Shown here piece after piece: positions 1 to 9,333 of a DNA stretch of 64,000 bases. How positions within the stretch are numbered: the stretch's first letter is position 1; each line of letters starts with the position of its first letter. Below the pieces are notes generated by a model. The model was not told the DNA's origin. It saw only the letters and a program-made list of their open reading frames with translations, and did no database searches. This DNA comes from Candidatus Latescibacterota bacterium (lineage in GTDB: Bacteria > Latescibacterota > UBA2968 > GCA-2709665). The position numbers and the translations under genes are program-made. Location of the stretch: assembly GCA_965248435.1 (NCBI GenBank), contig OZ252100.1, forward strand, positions 4,914,102 to 4,978,101, read 5' to 3'.

Positions 1-554
1 GGCTGACGAACGGGGCGCTCCCGGACAGTGTCACGATCGACGGCCGGACTGCCCGCCGGGCAGAGCTGCCGTTCTACGATCCCGGAGACGAGAGGTCTCG
101 GGCCAAGGTGGCGCTGGATCTCGCAAGGGCCGTGGATGGAACTTCGTCCGCGATACAGGTCGACCAGGACATGGGGCGTTTCGAAAGGATCGAAGCAACG
201 CGGCTCGTGGCTTCTCCCGCGGCCCTGGATCGGATCGAATTGCCATCGGGCGCCCTCGCCCTGAGAATCGCTCCTGATGAGCTTCTGGTCACCCCGGTGT
301 TGTCGCTGGACGACCTGGATGACGCGCACACGATCGCCGAGCGCGAGACCGGGTTTGTGGGGGCGTGGGTGGAGATGCAGGAGGCAATGCGGTTTCTGGA
401 GGGGGCGTGTCCGTGGGTCCTGCCGACCGAACGGCCGGCCTTCGCCCAGGGCGCGGTCGCCGATATCCCTGTCAAGCTGTTGCTCGAGGAAGAGCGGGTG
501 CTGTTCGTCGTGCCGGCCCCTTACGCCGCTGACCTTGAGGAGCGAATGGCATGA
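1..554 (+). CDS. 5'-partial; sarcosine oxidase gamma-subunit-like / GcvT-like folate-binding domain protein
   Basis: Frame 3 is open from position 3 with no stop before the listed Met at 108. The gene ends 4 nt into the soxB start (ATGA overlap). Assigned from its position directly upstream of soxB-soxD and weak similarity to the SoxG C-terminus. It could instead be the C-terminus of SoxA. Confidence 0.4.
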   Translation, partial: LTNGALPDSVTIDGRTARRAELPFYDPGDERSRAKVALDLARAVDGTSSAIQVDQDMGRFERIEATRLVASPAALDRIELPSGALALRIAPDELLVTPVLSLDDLDDAHTIAERETGFVGAWVEMQEAMRFLEGACPWVLPTERPAFAQGAVADIPVKLLLEEERVLFVVPAPYAADLEERMA

Positions 555-1759
555 ACGAATTCGTCGAGCGCCTGATCTCGCTGCGCTGGGCCGAACCCAG
601 GAGCGCCTACGACGTCGTGATCGTCGGCGGCGGCGGCCACGGTCTGGCGACCGCCTACTACCTGGCGACGCGCCACGGCATCCAAAACGTGGCGGTGCTC
701 GAGCGCGGCTATATTGGCAGCGGCAACTCCGGTCGAAACACAACGGTGATTCGATCCAACTACGGGATCCCGGAAGCGGTCCGCTTCTATCAGCACAGCA
801 TCGAGCTCTACCAGGGCCTGGAAGCGGAGACCGGTCGCGGCGTCATGCACCAGCAGAAGGGAATGCTCTGGCTGGCGCACAGTGAGATGGGGTTGCGGGC
901 CGAGCGAACGCGTGCCGAGGTCAATACCGCCTTCGGCGCTAGGACCGAGTACGTGGAGCCCGAACGAATTCGCGAGATCTGCCCTCAGATCGACATGAGC
1001 GGCGGCGGTGTGTGGCCAATCCTGGGCGCAAGTTACCACGCCGAAGCGGCGACGGCGAGGCACGACCGGGTCGTGTGGGCCTATGCCGAAGGTGCGATCG
1101 AGCGAGGTGTCGACGTCGTCCAGCGCACGCCGGTCACCGGGCTGCTGAAAGAGGGCGACCGGGTCGTCGGCGTCGAGACGCCGAAAGGACCGATCTCGGC
1201 AGGTCTGGTGGTCTCCGCGGTCGGGGGCCACGTGACGACGCTGGCTTCGATGGCCGGTCTTCGGCTGCCGATCCGCACCCATCCCCTCCAGGCATTCGTC
1301 ACCAACCATTACAGGAATGAGTTTCACCCGATCGTGCTGTCGGCAGACCTGCTATTCTACGTGTCGCAGACCGCTCGGGGTGAGATGCTCCTCGGGGCCG
1401 AGATCGATCGCCAGCCGAGTTATTCCTATCGCGCGGGGCACGCGTTCATCCAATCGCTCGCGCATCGGGCGATGACGCTCCTGCCTTTCCTGGGGAACCT
1501 GAAGGTGCTGCGTCAGTGGACGGGCGTCTGTGACATGAGTCCCGACTATTCGCCTATCATGGGCAAGACGGGGGTCGACGGGTTCTACCTGACGACCGGC
1601 TGGGGCACGTGGGGCTTCAAGGCAATCCCCGCCGGCGGGGAACAGATGGCGAGGTTGATCGCGGAAGGAGAGACGCCGGAGCTGATGGCGCCCTTTTCGC
1701 TCGAGCGGTTTGCCGGGGACCGTACGATGGCAGATCGTGGATCGGCTGGAACACACTAA
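551..1759 (+). CDS. soxB: sarcosine oxidase beta subunit (FAD-dependent)
   Basis: 402 aa. N-terminal GGGGHG dinucleotide fold and the 'NTTVIRSNYG' segment typical of heterotetrameric SoxB. Followed by soxD. Confidence 0.75.
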   Translation: MNEFVERLISLRWAEPRSAYDVVIVGGGGHGLATAYYLATRHGIQNVAVLERGYIGSGNSGRNTTVIRSNYGIPEAVRFYQHSIELYQGLEAETGRGVMHQQKGMLWLAHSEMGLRAERTRAEVNTAFGARTEYVEPERIREICPQIDMSGGGVWPILGASYHAEAATARHDRVVWAYAEGAIERGVDVVQRTPVTGLLKEGDRVVGVETPKGPISAGLVVSAVGGHVTTLASMAGLRLPIRTHPLQAFVTNHYRNEFHPIVLSADLLFYVSQTARGEMLLGAEIDRQPSYSYRAGHAFIQSLAHRAMTLLPFLGNLKVLRQWTGVCDMSPDYSPIMGKTGVDGFYLTTGWGTWGFKAIPAGGEQMARLIAEGETPELMAPFSLERFAGDRTMADRGSAGTH

Positions 1760-1779
1760 TGTATGGTGGGTCGAATGGT

Positions 1780-1925
1780 AGACATGGAAACAAATCCCCC
1801 CTACCCCCCTTTTCCAAAGGGGGAAGGTTACTCTTTCCGAGAGAAAGTCCATTCGAAAGCAATTCCTCCCCCTTTCCCAAAGGGGGATTGAGGGGGATTT
1901 CAAAGATGCATCACAATCCTTCGTC
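1780..1925. repeat. R2 hairpin module alone (two cccccttt..aaaggggg hairpins + 'gagggggatttcaaagatgcatcac')
   Basis: Immediately 3' of soxB. The same module terminates R1 copies at 48.1 kb and 63.9 kb, and recurs at 62335-62395 and in degenerate form at 42715-42760. Confidence 0.6.
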
Positions 1926-1972
1926 GCTTCTACCGATAGGCCGATGAGAGCCAGGGAAATCAGGAGCTGCAA

Positions 1973-2215
1973 ATGAGTTTACAGATAGAGTGTCCGAACT
2001 GCGGCCGTCGACCCCTGGAAGAGTTCCTCTACGGGGAGATCCTGGTCGTGCCCGACAGCCTGACGGACGCGGATGAGCGCGACCTGGACCGGGGCTTCAT
2101 GCACGAGAATCCGGAGGGGCCTACGACGGAGCGCTGGTTCCACGCATTCGGCTGCCGCAGATGGCTGACCCTGACGCGGGACACGCGGACGGACGAGATT
2201 CTGGGCCACGACTGA
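1973..2215 (+). CDS. soxD: sarcosine oxidase delta subunit
   Basis: 80 aa starting 'MSLQIECPNCGRRP', the zinc-ribbon-like N-terminus characteristic of SoxD. Lies directly downstream of soxB. Confidence 0.6.
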   Translation: MSLQIECPNCGRRPLEEFLYGEILVVPDSLTDADERDLDRGFMHENPEGPTTERWFHAFGCRRWLTLTRDTRTDEILGHD

Positions 2216-2226
2216 ATCGAGGAGAC

Positions 2227-3198
2227 ATGCTCACACCACAGCAGTTGGTTCGTTATAGCGAGGACGGCTACCTGGTCCTGCGCGGTTTGCTCGAGCCGGA
2301 GCGTGACCTCGCGCCGCTTCGTGCGGAGTACGAATCGCTGCTGGATGTGGTAGCGGCCAAGCTCCAGGCCGACGGTGTCGTCTCTTCCAGACACGCGGAT
2401 CTGCCGTTCGGTCAGCGCTTCTGTGCCCTCGTGAAGGAGATGGGGGGGACGCTGATGAACCTCATGGATATCTGCCTGCCGCAGAAGGGGGTCACAGCCG
2501 ACACACCGGTCCACTGCGGTCCGGGCGTCTTCGGACTGCTCAAAAACCCGCGCCTGCTCGACGCGGTGGAGGCGATCGTCGGCCCGGAGATCACCTCCAA
2601 TCCTACCCAGCACGTGCGGATCAAGCCGCCTGAGGACTGTCTCGCGCAGGACGAAACGATCGTCGGTGAGATCGCCCAGACCGTCTGGCACCAGGATCTT
2701 GCCACGGTGATGCCCGAAGCAGACGAGAGCCTGATCCTGACCGTGTGGATCCCGGTCACAAAGGCCACCCGGGAAAACGGCTGCCTGCTCGTCGCGCCGG
2801 GCAGCCACAAGCAGGGCCTCGTGACACACAAACACGACCCGCGATCGAACTTCAGCCGACAGGCGATACCCGACGAGCTGGTCGGTGACCGGAGCGTCGC
2901 ACTGGAGATGGACCCGGGCGACGTCGTGTTCTTGAGCAAGCTGATGATGCACGCCTCGCTGCCCAACCTGAGCGAGGATGTTCGCTGGAGTGTGGATCTG
3001 CGCTACCAGCCCACCGGCGAGCCCACTGGAAGGCCCTGGTTTCCGGGCTTCGTCGCTCGCAGCCGGGCCGCGCCGGACAGCGTGCTGCCAGACGCTGCAG
3101 CCTGGGCGGCGCTTTGGCACGAGGCTCGCGAGCGGCTCGCGGCCGAGCCCCCCGCGTCGTTTCAGCGATGGCCGGAGGGGGATCCGGATCGCGCGTGA
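2227..3198 (+). CDS. phytanoyl-CoA dioxygenase (PhyH) family Fe(II)/2-oxoglutarate oxygenase
   Basis: Start chosen at the ATG at 2227, preceded by a GAGGAG ribosome-binding site. The longer listed ORF from 2161 overlaps soxD. PhyH-like architecture with a conserved 'WHQD' segment. Confidence 0.65.
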   Translation: MLTPQQLVRYSEDGYLVLRGLLEPERDLAPLRAEYESLLDVVAAKLQADGVVSSRHADLPFGQRFCALVKEMGGTLMNLMDICLPQKGVTADTPVHCGPGVFGLLKNPRLLDAVEAIVGPEITSNPTQHVRIKPPEDCLAQDETIVGEIAQTVWHQDLATVMPEADESLILTVWIPVTKATRENGCLLVAPGSHKQGLVTHKHDPRSNFSRQAIPDELVGDRSVALEMDPGDVVFLSKLMMHASLPNLSEDVRWSVDLRYQPTGEPTGRPWFPGFVARSRAAPDSVLPDAAAWAALWHEARERLAAEPPASFQRWPEGDPDRA

Positions 3199-3235
3199 CC
3201 ACCAAGACACGGTAGCTTGTTATGCGGGCTAGTCG

Positions 3236-4171
3236 TTGATAGACACGAAAGCTCCCATGGATTTCGGCATAAAACTTACAACAAAGGATTTCTTCGATAA
3301 GGAACCTTCACCCGTTATCGAAGAACAGGACGAATTCTTATCCCGCATCAAAAGCGCAGGCATAGATTTCGTAGAAATTCAGCACAATGACGGTGTATCC
3401 TGGGATGATATCTATAAACTCGCGAGACGATGCGCTGAGCACGGACTCTACGCTTCGGTCCATCCCTACCCTTCAGAGAATCTAAGGGCCGAAGTGTTTA
3501 CCGAGACCGATTCCTCCGACTTGCTTACGGAACTATTGAACAATGTCGCCACCGTCAAAGAGATTACCGGACGTGCTGTCCGCCTGACATTTCATGGCGG
3601 GGTCGCCAACGGAAGCCCGTGTCACCAGAATCTGGCGGATGCGACCGCGCACGCCAGGCAGTTTGTCGCGTGGATGGTGAACAAGGTGGAAACCGACTAT
3701 CCGGACATTCTCCTTTTCTTCGAAACGCAGATCCCTGCAGGTCTGGACAACGATGTGATGGTTCGGCTGGGCGACACCTTCGATTCCCTGCTTGATCTGG
3801 CAGAGGGAACAGATGCACGATTCACCTGGGATTTCGGACACAGCTTTGTGAGCTCACGGATCAACAAGCAGGCCTTACAGCCGCCTGCCGAATTCCTGGC
3901 ACGCGTAGGACACGTTCACGCGCACGACGTCGTCGAGATCGAAAAGGCGAAGTTTGGGCTCAGGGACCATCGCCCGATAGGCACGGGAATCTGTCCGTGG
4001 AAGGAATACTGTCAGCTCCTCAGCACAGTTGGCTTCGACGAAACGATCGAGTTTGAACTTGGCCTCGACCAGTTTGCAGACATCGAGGAATACGAGAAGA
4101 TGATCGCCGGCGCCACGCGTGACATCCGTTCGATTATCAGCAGTTCTGACAAGGATCCGATTCGTGTCTAA
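3236..4171 (+). CDS. sugar phosphate isomerase/epimerase (xylose-isomerase-like TIM barrel)
   Basis: 311 aa with TIM-barrel AP-endonuclease/xylose-isomerase-like motifs. GC is visibly lower than in the flanking genes. Confidence 0.55.
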   Translation: MIDTKAPMDFGIKLTTKDFFDKEPSPVIEEQDEFLSRIKSAGIDFVEIQHNDGVSWDDIYKLARRCAEHGLYASVHPYPSENLRAEVFTETDSSDLLTELLNNVATVKEITGRAVRLTFHGGVANGSPCHQNLADATAHARQFVAWMVNKVETDYPDILLFFETQIPAGLDNDVMVRLGDTFDSLLDLAEGTDARFTWDFGHSFVSSRINKQALQPPAEFLARVGHVHAHDVVEIEKAKFGLRDHRPIGTGICPWKEYCQLLSTVGFDETIEFELGLDQFADIEEYEKMIAGATRDIRSIISSSDKDPIRV

Positions 4172-5987
4172 ACTGTATGAAGGCTCATCCCAGCAGTACG
4201 ATGTGATTTGTGAGAAGAATGTGATGGTGCCCGTGCGTGACGGTGTCTGTCTGGCCACGGATATCTATTTTCCGGCACGGGGCGGGCAGCGGGCTTCGGG
4301 CCGGTTTCCGGTGATTCTGGAACGTACGCCCTACGACAAAGCGTTGGCGTCGTTGGTGAACAACGGCAACGCCTTTGCCCGTCGCGGCTATGTGTGCTGC
4401 ATCCAGGATGTGCGCGGGCGTTTTGAAAGCGAAGGTGAATGGTATCCGTTCGCGAAGGAGGCATCGGACGGCTATGACACGGTGGAGTGGCTCGCCGCCC
4501 AGGCGTGGTGCGATGGCCAGGTGGGCACGATGGGGGCTTCGTATGCCGGCAGCGATCAGTCCGCGCTGGCGACACTCAATCCACCACACCTGAAGACGAT
4601 GATCGTGGCGGTCGGTGCAAACAACTACTATCACTGCTCCATGCGCCAGAACGGGGCGCTGGAGCTGCGCTTCCTGATCTACGTCTTTCGGATGGCGACG
4701 ACCAGCAAGGAAGCCCTCGCAAATCCTGAACTCGGAGCGGCATTAAAAGAGGCCTACGCCAACGTCGGTGAACTGCTGACTAGGTTGCCGTTCAAGCGAG
4801 GGGCTACGGCATTGCACCGGCTGCCCCTCTACGAACAGTGGGTCCTGGACATCCTCACCCACGGTGAATACGATCCCTACTGGCAGCAGAGAGGCTATGC
4901 CATCTCTCACTACTACGAGGAGCACGCCGATGCGCCGACCCTTTACCTCGGTGGCTGGTACGACTCCTACGCACGGGCGACCTGCGAGAACTTCAAAGCT
5001 TTGAGCGAGCTCAAGGAATCGCGACAGGCGTTGCTGATGGGGCCGTGGACGCACGGTGGTTGGGATGTGACCTATGCCGGCGACGTCGACTTCGGAACCC
5101 ATTCCTTCATGAACTATAATGACCTGCGCCTGGCCTGGTTCGACCACTTCCTCAAGGGACTGCACACCGAGGTGGCCGATTGGGCGCCGGTCAAGATTTT
5201 CGTTATGGGGACGGGCGATGGCCGTCGCAACTACGACGGTCGCCTGTGCCACGGAGGCACCTGGCGCGACGAACCGAGCTTCCCGCTGCCCGACACGCGG
5301 TTCACGCCCTACTTCCTCCACACCGGCGACAAGCTCTCGCCCGACGCACCACAGGACACGGAGGTCGAGCCCAGCCGCTACACCTTCGACCCCCGCGATC
5401 CCGTGCCCAACATCGGCGGTTCCATCTCGGCGGCGGCCCCGATCATGCACTCTGGCGCGTTCGACCAGCGCGGCGCCGAGGCCTTCTACGGCTGTGGAGA
5501 CACCCTGCCCCTCAACGCCCGCAGTGACGTGCTCACCTTTCAGACGGCACCGCTGGATAGCGACGTGGAGGTGACCGGACCGATCACGGTCAAGCTATTC
5601 GCCGCCTCATCGGCCCGCGACACCGATTTCACCGCCAAGCTGATCGACGTGCACCCACCCTCGCCGGACGATCCGGACGGGCTGGCGATCAACCTGACCG
5701 ATTCGATCATTCGGGCGCGTTACCGCAACGGCTTCGAGAAGCCTGAACTTTTGGAGCCTGAACAGGTGGTTGCGTTCACGTTTGAGCTCTATCCGACGGC
5801 CAATCTGTTCAAGACCGGCCACCGCATACGTCTGGACATCAGCAGCAGCAACTTCCCCCGATTCGACGTCAATCCGAACACGGGGGGTCCGCTGGGAAGG
5901 GAACGCCGGTTTGAGCTTGCCCATCAAGCCATCTATCACGATGCTGAACACCCGTCGCACATCATCCTGCCCATCATCGATCGATAG
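4164..5987 (+). CDS. CocE/NonD family hydrolase (X-Pro dipeptidyl-peptidase S15-like)
   Basis: Start taken as GTG at 4164 after an AAGGA ribosome-binding site; the listed ORF start at 4119 overlaps the upstream gene. N-terminus 'YDVICEKNVMVPVRDGVCLATDIYFP', a GASYAG nucleophile motif and a C-terminal beta-sandwich are typical of CocE/NonD. Confidence 0.75.
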   Translation: MSKLYEGSSQQYDVICEKNVMVPVRDGVCLATDIYFPARGGQRASGRFPVILERTPYDKALASLVNNGNAFARRGYVCCIQDVRGRFESEGEWYPFAKEASDGYDTVEWLAAQAWCDGQVGTMGASYAGSDQSALATLNPPHLKTMIVAVGANNYYHCSMRQNGALELRFLIYVFRMATTSKEALANPELGAALKEAYANVGELLTRLPFKRGATALHRLPLYEQWVLDILTHGEYDPYWQQRGYAISHYYEEHADAPTLYLGGWYDSYARATCENFKALSELKESRQALLMGPWTHGGWDVTYAGDVDFGTHSFMNYNDLRLAWFDHFLKGLHTEVADWAPVKIFVMGTGDGRRNYDGRLCHGGTWRDEPSFPLPDTRFTPYFLHTGDKLSPDAPQDTEVEPSRYTFDPRDPVPNIGGSISAAAPIMHSGAFDQRGAEAFYGCGDTLPLNARSDVLTFQTAPLDSDVEVTGPITVKLFAASSARDTDFTAKLIDVHPPSPDDPDGLAINLTDSIIRARYRNGFEKPELLEPEQVVAFTFELYPTANLFKTGHRIRLDISSSNFPRFDVNPNTGGPLGRERRFELAHQAIYHDAEHPSHIILPIIDR

Positions 5988-6006
5988 ACTGAGGAAGCGA
6001 GTCAGC

Positions 6007-6795
6007 GTGACGCATCAGACTCCCTACGAATTGCGCTTATCCTGCCGTGAGGGCGTGTTCTCAGGGCCCACGTTCGAATCCGCTCCGGGAATTCTCCAGG
6101 CGAACCTGGTGATCGTGCCGGCGACGCTCGCGGACGATTTCGAAACGTTCTGTCGACTCAATCCGAAGCCGTGCCCGCTCCTCGAAAGAACGAAACCCGG
6201 CAGCTATGAACTGCGAAAACTGGCACAGGACGTCGATCTCCGCACAGACCTGCCCAAATATCGGGTGTTTCAGAACGGGTCGTTCGTTGCCGAACCGACG
6301 GATATTCTGAGCTGGTGGCGCGATGACCTGGTCGCCTTTCTGCTGGGCTGCTCCCTCTCCTTCGAGCACGCGATGCTGGCGTCCGGTCTTCCGGTGCGCC
6401 ACGTCGAAGAACATCGAAACGGTCCGGTGTATCGAACGAACATCCCCTGTCAGACGGCGGGGAGCTTTCACGGCCCCACGGTCGTCTCTATGCGGCCGAT
6501 CCCTCCCGGTCTCGTGGATCGCGCTATACAGCTCACTGAGAAGTATCCGTTCGCTCACGGAGCGCCGCTGCACGTCGGAGATCCATCCACGATCGGGATT
6601 AAGGACCTCCAGTCGCCGGACTTCGGTGAAGCCGTAACGATACACGCAGACGAGACGCCCGTGTTCTGGGCCTGCGGTGTGACTCCGCAGGTCGTACTGC
6701 TGGAATCGAAAACCGAATTTGCTATCACGCACAGTCCAGGTCATATGTTCGTCACTGATATCAAATCTGATGAATTTGTTTGGGAGAGGGCTTAG
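6007..6795 (+). CDS. putative hydro-lyase (DUF1445/UPF0317 family)
   Basis: GTG at 6007 follows a GAGGAAG ribosome-binding site. Conserved 'QANLVIVPATLADDFETFCRLNPKPCPLLE' block of the DUF1445 family. The listed ORF from 5770 would overlap the CocE gene. Confidence 0.55.
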   Translation: MTHQTPYELRLSCREGVFSGPTFESAPGILQANLVIVPATLADDFETFCRLNPKPCPLLERTKPGSYELRKLAQDVDLRTDLPKYRVFQNGSFVAEPTDILSWWRDDLVAFLLGCSLSFEHAMLASGLPVRHVEEHRNGPVYRTNIPCQTAGSFHGPTVVSMRPIPPGLVDRAIQLTEKYPFAHGAPLHVGDPSTIGIKDLQSPDFGEAVTIHADETPVFWACGVTPQVVLLESKTEFAITHSPGHMFVTDIKSDEFVWERA

Positions 6796-6859
6796 CGAGA
6801 CGCTCCAGCTGACGCGGATAAGCCGAGCCGCTGAGCATCACATAGGAATTCGCCAAACT

Positions 6860-7216
6860 ATGAAACCTGCACGTTGCATCTTTTTTACGAACAAAGTGGA
6901 ACTGATGGTCTCGTTCTATCGGGACGTGATGAAGATGAAGATCGTGAATCCTCCGAAGGCGATGGACTACGAAGCCGAAGATTGGGTTCAGCTTTCGAGC
7001 GGTGGGGTCGAGATCGGCATCCATCGGGCTGGAAAACCCGGATGCGGCGGACCGAACCGGAACAAGCTCGTCTTCATTGTCCGTAATGTGGGCGAAACGC
7101 GTGAGGCGCTTCAGAGTCGGGGTGCTCGTATGGGAAAGCACCAGGTCAATTCACAGTTCGAGTGTTGTGACTTCAAGGACCCCGATGGAAACGTCCTGCA
7201 GATTTCGAGCCGGTGA
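6860..7216 (+). CDS. VOC (glyoxalase/bleomycin-resistance) family protein
   Basis: 118 aa from the ATG at 6860, with a VOC-fold beta-alpha-beta-beta-beta pattern. Confidence 0.5.
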   Translation: MKPARCIFFTNKVELMVSFYRDVMKMKIVNPPKAMDYEAEDWVQLSSGGVEIGIHRAGKPGCGGPNRNKLVFIVRNVGETREALQSRGARMGKHQVNSQFECCDFKDPDGNVLQISSR

Positions 7217-7322
7217 ATGTCAGGCAAGATGAAGACCTAGGAATAGACCGAACATTCTCTACATCCACTCGCTTAGCCCGGGCGATATTCAAGATGAAAA
7301 TTCAAGTTCAACGGAGGAAAAG

Positions 7323-7739
7323 GTGAATGTTAACGAAGTTGTGCCGTTTTTCGCGGTGAGAGACATGGGGAAATCACTCGCGTTCTATGTCGATGGACTT
7401 GGGTTCGAAATGAAGACCAAATGGGAGGATGAAGGAGTGCTGAGATGGTGTCGCTTGCAGATCGGCGGCGCGGGATTGATGCTTCAGCAATTCAAGACGG
7501 AAGGGCACGATTCGTGGCAGTTCAGCGACAACAAAGGCGAAGGGGTCTCGATTTGTTTCTTCTGCGAAAATGCGGTCGAACTGTATCGGGGCCTCAAATT
7601 ACGTGGGATAGATGCATCGGAACCGGTCGTGGGCAACGGGTTGTGGGTAACGTCCGTGATCGACCCGGACGGATACAAGATGAGTTTCGAGAGCCCTACG
7701 GATGTCCCAGAAGAGACGGGACTATCGCAGATAGAATAA
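7323..7739 (+). CDS. VOC (glyoxalase/bleomycin-resistance) family protein
   Basis: 138 aa. 'FFAVRDMGKSLAFYVDGLGFE' is a typical VOC N-terminal motif. Confidence 0.6.
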   Translation: MNVNEVVPFFAVRDMGKSLAFYVDGLGFEMKTKWEDEGVLRWCRLQIGGAGLMLQQFKTEGHDSWQFSDNKGEGVSICFFCENAVELYRGLKLRGIDASEPVVGNGLWVTSVIDPDGYKMSFESPTDVPEETGLSQIE

Positions 7740-7760
7740 GTCATCAAGGAGATCTGGCGT

Positions 7761-8216
7761 ATGCACGTTTACCTATCCGGTGAAGTCCACAGCGACTGGC
7801 GATCTGAGATCGTCGACGCCTGCAAGTCAGAGCAGTTGCCTGTCACCTTCACGGGTCCGGTGACCGACCATGGCCTGTCAGACAGCGTTGGCGCCGACAT
7901 TCTGGGGGAAGAAACGGACGCATTCTGGGGCGATCACAAGTCGGCTAAGATCAATGCGATACGCATACGGACGATGATCGAGCAGGCGGACCTTGTCGTC
8001 GTAAAGTTCGGCGACAAATTTCGACAGTGGAATGCGGCCTTCGATGCGGGCTATGCGGTCGCAAAGGGAAAGCCGGTGATTGTGCTCCATCCGGACGATC
8101 TTCGTCATCCGCTCAAGGAGGTCGACGCGGCGGCCATGGCTGTGGCAGAGACGCCGCAGCAAGTCGTGGAGATTCTCAAGTACGTCGCTGCGAAGCAGGA
8201 GAAAATCGATTCCTGA
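7761..8216 (+). CDS. YtoQ family protein (nucleoside 2-deoxyribosyltransferase-like fold)
   Basis: 151 aa. 'MHVYLSGEVHSDWRSEI' matches the YtoQ N-terminal signature. Confidence 0.65.
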   Translation: MHVYLSGEVHSDWRSEIVDACKSEQLPVTFTGPVTDHGLSDSVGADILGEETDAFWGDHKSAKINAIRIRTMIEQADLVVVKFGDKFRQWNAAFDAGYAVAKGKPVIVLHPDDLRHPLKEVDAAAMAVAETPQQVVEILKYVAAKQEKIDS

Positions 8217-8791
8217 TGAGCCATTTCATTCTATCCCAGATATTGGCCGCTTTCGCCTTCGCGTGCGGCATGATCTCGTATCAGTTCAAGGAGAGACGTT
8301 CCATACTGCTCTGGATGTTCGGCTCTGCCAGCTGCAACGCGAATCATTTCTATTTTCTGGGCAGGCCAGGTCCGGCGTGTATTGCTCTCGTGGTCGGCGC
8401 CCGATCTCTTGTTTCCGCCTTCAGTATAAACCAAAGCCTGATGGTTCTGTTTCAGGGCCTTACTGTCGTCGGATTCTTCCTGACCTATCAGAATTCGTTG
8501 AGCTATCTCGTCCTGTTCGCCGGACTTGTGGCGGGATATGCGAGCTTCCAGCAGAGTGACAGAAAGATCCGCATCCTGTTCCTGCTGTGCGGGTTGATGT
8601 GGTTGACGCACAACCTGCTGGCCGGGTCCCCGGTCGGCTCGTTGATGGAGGCCACGTTCGTAACAAGCAATCTGATCGGCTACTGGCGTTTCTATCACCG
8701 CGGCAGATCGATCGACTCTGCGGACGATCAGGGAATGAAGCGGGACGGCGAGACTGATGTGCGCGTGGATGTTCGTGTTGGGCACGGGTGA
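8216..8791 (+). CDS. YgjV-like inner membrane protein
   Basis: ATG overlaps the ytoQ stop (TGATG). Multi-pass hydrophobic protein. The longer listed ORF from 8027 overlaps ytoQ and is unlikely. Confidence 0.5.
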   Translation: MSHFILSQILAAFAFACGMISYQFKERRSILLWMFGSASCNANHFYFLGRPGPACIALVVGARSLVSAFSINQSLMVLFQGLTVVGFFLTYQNSLSYLVLFAGLVAGYASFQQSDRKIRILFLLCGLMWLTHNLLAGSPVGSLMEATFVTSNLIGYWRFYHRGRSIDSADDQGMKRDGETDVRVDVRVGHG

Positions 8792-8829
8792 GAAGTGATT
8801 AAGCTCTGGCGAGAGCGACTGGATTAGGG

Positions 8830-9315
8830 ATGACGAGATTGGGTTTGGTCGTCGCAGCTATGCTCGGTCTGCTTGTCGGTCTGGGGGGCTTTGCGTTTCA
8901 TTATGGGGAGGGGCTTTCCTATTTCAGCAAGGACCCAGCCGCGTGCGCGAACTGTCACATCATGCAGCCTCAGTATGATTCCTGGCAAAAGGCCAGCCAT
9001 CACACGATGGCCACCTGCGTAGATTGCCATCTTCCTCACGACTTGATTCCAAAGTGGGTTGCAAAGGCTGAAAACGGATTCTGGCATTCCAAAGGATTCA
9101 CCTTTCAGGATTTTCATGAACCGATTTTCATTCGAAAAAGTAATCAGATGGTACTACATGACAATTGCCTCCGTTGCCATTCCGAATTTGTGCGAGAATC
9201 AATACTAACAACCGATGCGATCAACTGCGTACATTGTCACCGGTCCGTTGGCCATGGAGAAACGGTGGGACTCGGAAAGTTTCAGGCCGTTGATCTTGGG
9301 TCGACCAAACAATAG
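8830..9315 (+). CDS. nrfH: cytochrome c nitrite reductase small subunit NrfH (NapC/NirT tetrahaem quinol dehydrogenase)
   Basis: N-terminal membrane anchor and four CxxCH motifs (CANCH, CVDCH, CLRCH, CVHCH). Directly upstream of nrfA. Confidence 0.8.
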   Translation: MTRLGLVVAAMLGLLVGLGGFAFHYGEGLSYFSKDPAACANCHIMQPQYDSWQKASHHTMATCVDCHLPHDLIPKWVAKAENGFWHSKGFTFQDFHEPIFIRKSNQMVLHDNCLRCHSEFVRESILTTDAINCVHCHRSVGHGETVGLGKFQAVDLGSTKQ

Positions 9316-9333
9316 GCAATAGGATGAATAGTC

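Noticed and set aside
521-1327. Long antisense ORFs in high-GC genes (521..1327-, 2029..3210-, 20772..21830-, 23783..25381-, 25565..26491-, 26350..27555-, 16102..16938-, 17727..18911-, 43414..44340-, 44120..45031-)
   Set aside because: Typical stop-codon-poor antisense frames of a GC-rich genome. They overlap well-supported sense-strand genes, have Arg/Pro/Gly-rich low-complexity composition, and lack recognisable domains.
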